A DNA stretch of 64,000 bases from an uncultured Thermoleophilia bacterium (lineage in GTDB: Bacteria > Actinomycetota > Thermoleophilia > Solirubrobacterales > 70-9). Numbering within the stretch: the first letter of the stretch is position 1; each line of letters starts with the position of its first letter. The DNA lies in contig CAWCGU010000003.1 in NCBI GenBank assembly GCA_963795195.1, positions 83,354 to 147,353 on the forward strand, read 5' to 3'. The notes under the pieces are model-generated. The model saw nothing but the letters and a program-made list of their open reading frames with translations. It searched no databases and was not told the DNA's origin. Below, one piece after another: positions 57,614-64,000 of the stretch. Position numbers and translations under genes: made by a program.

Positions 57614-57834
57614 TCCAGATCGCTTTCGAGCGGGCGAGTATTCGGCCCGCCGCGTTGGTGATCGCCATCGCCGCGTGCCAGTAGTGGAAGGCGACGTTTC
57701 CGGTGGGGCAGTCCAGGGCCGACCAAACGAATAGGGCTGACCTCGCCGTCGACGCGTTCGACGTCCGGCGGCCGGTCCAGCGACCATGGGGCCGGCCCTT
57801 TCACATCGCGCTTGAAGTCGGCTACGTTGCGCCT

Positions 57835-58245
57835 GTGGAAGCGCACGAAAACGGCCCCGAACCCCAGGTCACGGTCGAAGTCCGCGGCCTCTCCCTGCAC
57901 ACGCACCACGGGATCACCGCCGCCGAGCAGGAGGTCGGGCAGCGCCTCGTGATCGATGTCGTGCTCGAGGTTCCCGCCTGCGACGCCGTGCTCACCGACC
58001 GCGTCGAGGATACGGTCGACTACGCCGAGGTCGCCGAGGTCGTCACGCTGGTCGCCACCGAGTGCAGCTATCGCACCCTCGAGCGGCTCTGCCGCGTGAT
58101 CGGCGAGCGGCTGCTCGACCGTTTCGACGCCGACAGCGCACGGGTGCGGGCGGCCAAGCCCGAGCCACCGATCCCGCTCTCACTCGAGGAGGTGGCGGTC
58201 GAGGTCTTCTGCGAGCACCCCCTCGACGATCAGGGGTCCGATTGA
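57835..58245 (+). CDS. folB: dihydroneopterin aldolase
   Basis: VEVRGLSLHTHHGITAAEQEVGQRLVIDV is the typical FolB N-terminus. The nearest in-frame start is the GTG at 57835. Confidence 0.8.
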   Translation: MEAHENGPEPQVTVEVRGLSLHTHHGITAAEQEVGQRLVIDVVLEVPACDAVLTDRVEDTVDYAEVAEVVTLVATECSYRTLERLCRVIGERLLDRFDADSARVRAAKPEPPIPLSLEEVAVEVFCEHPLDDQGSD

Positions 58246-58745
58246 GCGACGTCGTCGACGAGCACCGCGTGGGCTTTCTTGGCCTCGGATCCAACGTCGG
58301 TGAACGCGAGGGACACCTGAGCGCCGCGGCCGGCCACCTCGAGAGCCACGGCATCGCCGTCGAGGCGACCTCTTCTAACTATGAGACCGAGCCGGTCGGG
58401 GAGCTTCTGGACCAACCGGATTTCCTCAACCGAGTCATCCGGATCTGCACGTCGCTGGAGCCCGAAGAGCTGCTCGACGTCTGCAAAGCGGTCGAGGCCG
58501 AGGAAGGGCGCATCTTCGGCGGCCCCAGGCACGGCCCGCGGCCACTCGACGTCGACCTCCTGTTGCTCGGTGAGATCGAGCTGCAGACCGAGCGCCTGAC
58601 GCTGCCTCACCCTGAGGTGACGAGTCGCCGCTTCGTGCTCGAGCCGCTGCTCGAGCTCGCTCCGGACCTGGAACTGCCAGACGGGACGAAGCTGACTGAG
58701 GCGCTAGCCGCTCTTGGCGGCGCTCAGCGTGTCGAGCGGCTCTAG
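58242..58745 (+). CDS. folK: 2-amino-4-hydroxy-6-hydroxymethyldihydropteridine diphosphokinase
   Basis: GLGSNVG, ETEPVG, RPLDVDLL and LPHP motifs. TTGA overlap with the folB stop. Confidence 0.85.
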   Translation: MSDVVDEHRVGFLGLGSNVGEREGHLSAAAGHLESHGIAVEATSSNYETEPVGELLDQPDFLNRVIRICTSLEPEELLDVCKAVEAEEGRIFGGPRHGPRPLDVDLLLLGEIELQTERLTLPHPEVTSRRFVLEPLLELAPDLELPDGTKLTEALAALGGAQRVERL

Positions 58746-59465
58746 CCACGCGGCCGGCAGCAGCGGCGGAATCCGCCCAGGGAACTCGGGCACGAAGCGC
58801 AACGCCATCTCTCCGGCTGGGGTTGACTCGATCGCCGGCCGCAGGTCGTCGAGGCTCATCAGCAAGCGCAGGCTCGGAGCGATCATCAGGTCGGCCGCGT
58901 TCGGTTCCTCGCCCCCGAGTACGCCAGTCTCGATCCAGCCGTTGATGCGCCTCAGCACCTCTGGCAGGGCGGCGAGGTTGGCTCGCACGTTGTCGCCGGT
59001 CGCGTCGTTGCTGCGGGCAGCGATGGCGATGATCGGCCCGGCGGTCTTGACAGCGACTCCGACGGGCACGCCGAGCCGGGCGCCCTCCGAGAAACTGCGC
59101 AGCGGCCCCTTGTCCTGCTTGAGGCAGTACCAAAGGGTCTGGCGGGCGAGGTTCTGCAGATCCTCATCCCCATAGGCCTCCGCCGCCTCGACTTCGGCGA
59201 GCAGCGCCGCGTCGGAGGGATAGAGCGGCGGGTCGGGTCGCACTCGATCGAGCTCGTGGGCGATCGCGGTCGTGCCCTGGATCTTGCGCCCGTCGAGCTT
59301 CAGGGCGGGGACCGTGATCCCCGGAAAGCCCGCCATCCGCAGGATCCCCTTGGACATGATCGGAATCAGGTCCCGGCGCTTGTAGGCGATCCCCTTGCTT
59401 TCGAGCATCAGGCGCGCCGCCATCGAAGGATGGGAACCTGGGACCACGTAGAGGCGGGCGTCCAT
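58704..59465 (-). CDS. glutathione S-transferase-family protein
   Basis: Thioredoxin-like N-terminal domain (LYVVPGSHPSMAARLML ... VPALKLDG) and a helical C-terminal domain. The 3' end overlaps the folK 3' end by 42 nt. Confidence 0.8.
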   Translation of the reverse strand: MDARLYVVPGSHPSMAARLMLESKGIAYKRRDLIPIMSKGILRMAGFPGITVPALKLDGRKIQGTTAIAHELDRVRPDPPLYPSDAALLAEVEAAEAYGDEDLQNLARQTLWYCLKQDKGPLRSFSEGARLGVPVGVAVKTAGPIIAIAARSNDATGDNVRANLAALPEVLRRINGWIETGVLGGEEPNAADLMIAPSLRLLMSLDDLRPAIESTPAGEMALRFVPEFPGRIPPLLPAAWLEPLDTLSAAKSG

Positions 59466-59515
59466 TACGAGTGATCCTATTCCACGTCTGATGCGCGCAT
59501 CGCGATAATCAGTCG

Positions 59516-60286
59516 ATGCTGCTCGCTGTCGACGTCGGGAACACGCAAACTCACCTGGGTGCCTTCCGGGCGCAGGAGCTGATCGCGCACTGGCGCTTCC
59601 AGACCCGCGCGGGCATGACCGGCGACGAGCTTGCGGATCGCATCGACGGCCTGCTCTCGCTGCGGGACATGGCCCTTGGCGATATCGAGTCCCTGATCGT
59701 GTCCTCGGTGGTGCCGCCGCTGACCAACGAGTACGGCCAGATCGCCGAGCGCTACCTGGGCAGCCCCTACCTCGCCGTCGGGCCTCAGATCAAGACCGGA
59801 ATGCCGATCCTCATCGATAACCCGCACGAGGTGGGCGCCGACCGGCTCGTCAACTCGATCGCCGCCTACGAACGCTTCGGCGGCCCCTGCATCGTCGTCG
59901 ACTTCGGCACCGGTATCAATTTCGACGCCGTCTCGGGCGCCGGCGAGTACCTGGGCGGCGCGATCGCCCCCGGGATCGAGATCTCGCTCACCGCGCTCGC
60001 CGAGCGGGCGGCCAGAATTCCCCGCATTGATCTGGCTGAGCCTGAAACGGCGCTCGGCAAGTCCACTCGCGCGGCGATTCAGTCGGGCGTGCTTTACGGC
60101 TTCGCAGGTCTGGTCGACGGCGTCGCCCGCCGGCTCGTCGCCGAGATGGGGGAGGGCGTCTCGTTCATCGCGACGGGCGGCTTTGCCGCGGCGATCGTAC
60201 CGTTCTGCGAGACGATCGAGGAGGTCGACGACCTGCTGACGCTGACCGGTTTGCGGCTGATCTGGGAGCGCAACGCGGATGCCTGA
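59516..60286 (+). CDS. coaX: type III pantothenate kinase
   Basis: MLLAVDVGNT, VVDFGTG and GG motifs of the ASKHA (acetate and sugar kinase/Hsc70/actin) fold CoaX family. Confidence 0.9.
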   Translation: MLLAVDVGNTQTHLGAFRAQELIAHWRFQTRAGMTGDELADRIDGLLSLRDMALGDIESLIVSSVVPPLTNEYGQIAERYLGSPYLAVGPQIKTGMPILIDNPHEVGADRLVNSIAAYERFGGPCIVVDFGTGINFDAVSGAGEYLGGAIAPGIEISLTALAERAARIPRIDLAEPETALGKSTRAAIQSGVLYGFAGLVDGVARRLVAEMGEGVSFIATGGFAAAIVPFCETIEEVDDLLTLTGLRLIWERNADA

Positions 60287-61298
60287 GCGCAGTACGAATC
60301 GGCTCACCTCCCCGATTCGAATCGGCCCGATCGAGCTCTCCAACCGCGTTCTGCTTGCCCCGCTGGCCGGTATCGGCAACTGGTTCGTGCGGCTGCAGGC
60401 GCGCCGCTACGGCGCCGGCCTCGCCTTTTCGGAGATGGTCTCGAGCTTTGCGATCGACCGCGGCAATCGGCGGACGACAGAAGAGATGCTGCGGGTCCAC
60501 CCGGACGAGCACCCCGTGGCCTTGCAGCTCTTCGGGCCCGACCCGGGCGTGATGCGCGAGGCGGCGGCCAGAGCGGCCGCGGCCGGCCCGGACATGATCG
60601 ACCTGAATATGGGTTGTCCGGTGCCGAAGGTCTGCAAGACGGGGGCGGGGGCGGCCTTGCTCGACGACCCCGACCGGGCGGTGGCGATCGCCCGCGCCGC
60701 CGCGGAAGGTTCAGGGCTGCCGGTCAGCGTCAAGCTGCGCTCCGGCGTGCGTCGTGGCGATCGCTCCGGCTTCGAGCTGGCGCTGCGGCTCGCCGACGAG
60801 GCCCCGATCGCGGCGATCAGCTTCCACCCGCGGCCTGCATCGGTACACCACTCCGGCAGCCCGGACTACAAGCTGGCGAGGGAGCTGCGCGACCGGCTCG
60901 AGGGCAGCGGTGTGAAGATGATCATCTCGGGTGGGTTGAGCAGCGCCGACCGCGTTCGGGCCGCCTATGAGGAGTCGGGGGCGGATGCGGTGATGATCGC
61001 CCGCGGGGCGCTCGGGAACCCCTGGATCTTCGAGCAGTTGCTGGCTGACCGCGACGGCGACCCCAGCGAAGCTGAAGTTGTCGCGGAGCTGCTCTGGGTG
61101 CTCGAGCGCGCTGAGGAGCATTGGGGAGAGCGCGCGGCCCGCAATCTGCGCAAGTTCTACCCGTGGTACCTGGAGCGGTTGGGGTCAAAGGGGGCGCAGG
61201 CGGACGTCTACCAGCGAACCGAGAGCCTCGACGACGTCAGAGGCCTGCTTTCCAGCGATTTTCCGGCGCCCGAGGGTGTGCTGAGCGCAGCGCTATAA
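60279..61298 (+). CDS. dus: tRNA-dihydrouridine synthase
   Basis: LAPLAGIGN, IDLNMGCPVPKV and HPR motifs. Confidence 0.9.
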   Translation: MPERSTNRLTSPIRIGPIELSNRVLLAPLAGIGNWFVRLQARRYGAGLAFSEMVSSFAIDRGNRRTTEEMLRVHPDEHPVALQLFGPDPGVMREAAARAAAAGPDMIDLNMGCPVPKVCKTGAGAALLDDPDRAVAIARAAAEGSGLPVSVKLRSGVRRGDRSGFELALRLADEAPIAAISFHPRPASVHHSGSPDYKLARELRDRLEGSGVKMIISGGLSSADRVRAAYEESGADAVMIARGALGNPWIFEQLLADRDGDPSEAEVVAELLWVLERAEEHWGERAARNLRKFYPWYLERLGSKGAQADVYQRTESLDDVRGLLSSDFPAPEGVLSAAL

Positions 61299-61410
61299 TC
61301 TCGCGTCGTCTTGCCCTGAGCGCGGCTGTTTTTACGTCGTGTGCAGGGATTTTTTATCGTACGGGTCCTTTTGCGGGTCCGGTCCAAATGCCGGGAGAGG
61401 AATCTCAATC

Positions 61411-61884
61411 GTGAGTCGGGAATCGCTGATTACGCCTGAAGGCCTCAAGAAGCTGAAGGCGGAGCTGGAAGAAATGTCCACCGTGAGGCGGCGAGAGGTC
61501 GCTGAGCGGATCAAGGAAGCGCGCGAGTTCGGCGACATCAGCGAGAACGCCGAATACGACGCTGCGAAAAACGATCAGGCGATGCTGGAGCAGCGCATCG
61601 CCCAGCTCGAGGAGCGGCTGCGCCGATCGACCGTGATCGACAAGCGCCAGGTCACCAACGACGTCGTCTCCGTCGGCGTCACCGTCCACATCAAGGATCA
61701 GAAGTCCGGCGAGGGACGCAAGTTTCAGCTCGTCGGCGCCCCCGAGGCCTCGCCTCCGGACAAGCTTTCGAACGAGTCGCCCGTCGGCAAGGCGGTGATG
61801 GGTCACAAGCGCGGCGACGTGGTCACCGTCGAGGTGCCTCGCGGTCCGAAGAAAAAGCTCAAGATCACCAAAATCGAGACTTAG
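61411..61884 (+). CDS. greA: transcription elongation factor GreA
   Basis: GDISENAEYDAAK coiled-coil tip motif. The GTG at 61411 is preceded by GGGAGAGGAA. Confidence 0.9.
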   Translation: MSRESLITPEGLKKLKAELEEMSTVRRREVAERIKEAREFGDISENAEYDAAKNDQAMLEQRIAQLEERLRRSTVIDKRQVTNDVVSVGVTVHIKDQKSGEGRKFQLVGAPEASPPDKLSNESPVGKAVMGHKRGDVVTVEVPRGPKKKLKITKIET

Positions 61885-61948
61885 GCGGTCGCACGCCGGC
61901 GGCGTGCGCGTCGCAACGGTTTTGCAACGATTCGGGCCATCTGGCAGG

Positions 61949-62386
61949 ATGGCGGCTATGGACGGTCCTCAGACCGACAGTGAGCGTGATCGCGTACAGG
62001 AGGTCGAACGTCTCGGCGTTCCCTACCTGCTCTACCGCGACCATCTCGGCGCGATGCGGGCTCTGTCGCTCGAGGACACCTGGGAGAAGATCACCGTCGG
62101 GCGCGGCGCTGGAACCGATCTCGCCCTGGCCTGGGACAGCGAGGTCTCACGCGTGCACGCCGAACTGCTGCGGATCGGGGACGACTGGGTGCTCGTCGAC
62201 GATGGGCTGTCGAGCAACGGGACCTTCGTCAACGGCGACAAGATCGAGGGCAGGCGGCGTCTCTTCGACGGGGACTCGCTGCGATTTGGTGACACCGATG
62301 TCGACTTCCGGGCCCCGCTCCAGGCGCCCGACGCGACGATGGTGCTCTCCAACCCGCCACTGCCACCGCCTGATTCAGGCAGCTGA
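61949..62386 (+). CDS. FHA-domain protein
   Basis: ITVGRGAGTDLAL, SRVHAEL and SSNGTFVNG motifs. I prefer the ATG at 61949, because the GTG at 61904 lies inside the greA terminator-like hairpin. Confidence 0.75.
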   Translation: MAAMDGPQTDSERDRVQEVERLGVPYLLYRDHLGAMRALSLEDTWEKITVGRGAGTDLALAWDSEVSRVHAELLRIGDDWVLVDDGLSSNGTFVNGDKIEGRRRLFDGDSLRFGDTDVDFRAPLQAPDATMVLSNPPLPPPDSGS

Positions 62387-62611
62387 AGCAACGCATTTAG
62401 CGGCGGTTTGACCCGGCGGACCGGTGAAGGTGCCCCGGTATACTCGCCTCTCGTTGTAAACGACAACCGGAGGTCTCATCCCGCGGCACCCTTGAGCCGA
62501 TGAATGTGGATAAGGACTCCGGCGATGCTGCGTCCCCGCAGACCGATATATCTAGGGACCTCACGAGACAAAGACAGAGACAGAGACCGGCCTAACAAAG
62601 CAGAGATTCGA

Positions 62612-64000
62612 GTGTTTGAGAGATTCACAGAGAGAGCGCGCCAAGTGGTCGTCCTGGCCCAGGAGGAAGCGCGTACCCTCAAGCACAACTACATCGGTAC
62701 AGAGCACATCCTGCTCGGCCTGCTGCGCGAGGAAGAGGGCCTGGCCGCGCGCGTGCTTGAGTCTCTCGACATCACCGTCGAGCGCGTCCGAGCCCAGGTG
62801 GTGCGGATTGTCGGTTCCGGTGAGGAGGTCACGTCGGGCCAGATCCCGTTCACGCCGCGCGCCAAGAAGGTGCTCGAGTTGGCGCTGCGCGAGGCGCTGT
62901 CGCTCGGCCACAACTACATCGGCACCGAGCACATCCTGCTCGGCCTGGTTCGTGAGAACGAGGGCGTCGCCGCCCGCATCCTGCTCGACTTCGACGCCGA
63001 CTCCGAGAAGATCCGCAACGAGGTCATCCGCATGCTCTCCGGTCCCGGCGGGCGTCGCCAAAGCGGCTCCGGCAGCCAGTCCGGCGAGGGCAAGAAGTCC
63101 TCGAAGCTGCTTGACCAGTTCGGCCGCAACCTGACCAAGCTCGCCCAGGACGGCAAGCTCGATCCGACCATCGGCCGCGAGACCGAGATCGAACGGATCA
63201 TGCAGATCCTCGCTCGGCGCCAGAAGAACAACCCGGTGCTGCTGGGCGAGCCCGGCGTCGGCAAGACCGCGATCGTTGAGGGCCTGGCGACGCAGATCAT
63301 CCGCGGTGAGGTCCCCGAACTGCTCAAGAACAAGCAGATCTACACCCTCGACTTGGCGGCGCTGGTCGCCGGCTCGAAGTACCGCGGCGAGTTCGAGGAG
63401 CGGCTCAAGAAGGTGATGAAGGAGATCACTCAGCGCGGCGACATCGTGCTGTTCATCGATGAGCTTCACAACCTGGTCGGCGCCGGCGCCGCCGAGGGCG
63501 CGATCGACGCCGCCTCGATCCTCAAGCCCGCGCTCGCGCGCGGCGAGCTGCAGACGATCGGTGCGACAACGCTTGACGAGTACCGCAAGTACCTGGAGCG
63601 GGACTCGGCGCTCGAACGCCGCTTCCAGCAGGTCAGGGTCGAGCAGCCCAACACCGAGGACACAGTCAAGATCCTCCAGGGCCTGCGCGAACGCTACGAG
63701 CAGCACCACCGCGTGCAGATCACCGACGAAGCCCTCGAAGCCGCCGCGGAGCTGGCCGACCGCTATATCTCCGACCGCTTCCTACCCGACAAGGCGATCG
63801 ACCTGATCGACGAAGCCGCCTCGCGGATGCGGATCAAGTCGATGTCGCAGCCGCCCGTCTACCGCGAGCTCGAAGAGGAGATCGAGGAGACGCGCCGCGC
63901 CAAGGAGTCGGCGATCGAGGCCCAGGAGTTCGAGAAGGCCGCCAACCTGCGCGACAAGGAGCGCCAGCTCACCAACCGCAAGCGCGAGCTCGAGGACGAA
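62612..64000 (+). CDS. clpC: ATP-dependent Clp protease ATP-binding subunit ClpC (3' end beyond the window)
   Basis: GTG start giving [21 protein letters not shown]. Duplicated Clp_N repeats ([12 protein letters not shown] twice), Walker A GEPGVGKT, and a UVR-like [12 protein letters not shown]. The frame is open to the window end and is not listed in the ORF track. Confidence 0.9.
   Translation, partial: MFERFTERARQVVVLAQEEARTLKHNYIGTEHILLGLLREEEGLAARVLESLDITVERVRAQVVRIVGSGEEVTSGQIPFTPRAKKVLELALREALSLGHNYIGTEHILLGLVRENEGVAARILLDFDADSEKIRNEVIRMLSGPGGRRQSGSGSQSGEGKKSSKLLDQFGRNLTKLAQDGKLDPTIGRETEIERIMQILARRQKNNPVLLGEPGVGKTAIVEGLATQIIRGEVPELLKNKQIYTLDLAALVAGSKYRGEFEERLKKVMKEITQRGDIVLFIDELHNLVGAGAAEGAIDAASILKPALARGELQTIGATTLDEYRKYLERDSALERRFQQVRVEQPNTEDTVKILQGLRERYEQHHRVQITDEALEAAAELADRYISDRFLPDKAIDLIDEAASRMRIKSMSQPPVYRELEEEIEETRRAKESAIEAQEFEKAANLRDKERQLTNRKRELEDE

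Noticed and set aside
57211-57909. 232-aa minus-strand ORF spanning the folP-folB spacer.
   Set aside because: It is mostly antisense to folP and folB and has an Arg/Pro-rich composition. Only short stretches within the spacer look protein-like, and those are discussed as a possible remnant.
60312-60325. CCGATTCGAATCGG palindrome resembling a tRNA T-arm (TTCGAATC).
   Set aside because: It lies inside the dus coding region, encoding ...SPIRIGP..., and has no acceptor, D or anticodon arms around it. No tRNA was found anywhere in the window.
62565-62588. AGACA/AGAGA repeats considered as a CRISPR-like or microsatellite array.
   Set aside because: It is only about 24 nt of imperfect purine-rich repeats, with no spacer-repeat periodicity and no cas genes.

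Overview
The window is a clearly high-G+C bacterial chromosome segment. G+C was not computed, but the many long arginine/glycine/proline-rich antisense ORFs in the track are the usual by-product of high G+C. Gene content and the order tilS-hpt-ftsH-folP-folB-folK ... coaX-dus-greA ... clpC match actinobacterial core synteny. A Thermoleophilia/Rubrobacteria-like origin is my inference only.

I support about 65 protein genes:
- Fatty-acid beta-oxidation genes: a thiolase, three acyl-CoA dehydrogenases, an acyl-CoA ligase, three crotonases including a FadB-like fusion, and a CoA-transferase.
- Redox and copper proteins: a multicopper oxidase, a cupredoxin, a cytochrome c and a P450.
- Cell-wall hydrolases.
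- Two class III nucleotide cyclases and two FHA proteins.
- Two Ca2+/cation antiporters.
- A housekeeping block at the right end.

No rRNA, tRNA or CRISPR array was seen.

Non-coding and mobile content:
- A REP-associated tyrosine transposase (RAYT) is bracketed by a 29-nt palindrome, and a third copy of the palindrome lies 32 kb away.
- A ydaO-type (c-di-AMP) riboswitch sits upstream of an M23 peptidase.
- Two unclassified units, each a promoter plus a structured RNA plus an intrinsic terminator, lie at about 22.8 kb and 51.4 kb.
- A perfect 8-2-8 palindrome lies upstream of an acyl-CoA dehydrogenase.

Five conserved reading frames are interrupted: an alpha/beta hydrolase, the large cyclase-ATPase-TPR gene (twice), an FAD/BBE oxidase and ftsH. 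All five interruptions go in the same direction, consistent with a +1 insertion, so assembly indel errors need to be ruled out.

Start codons are often uncertain because GTG/TTG starts are common, and many genes are translationally coupled through ATGA/GTGA/TTGA overlaps.
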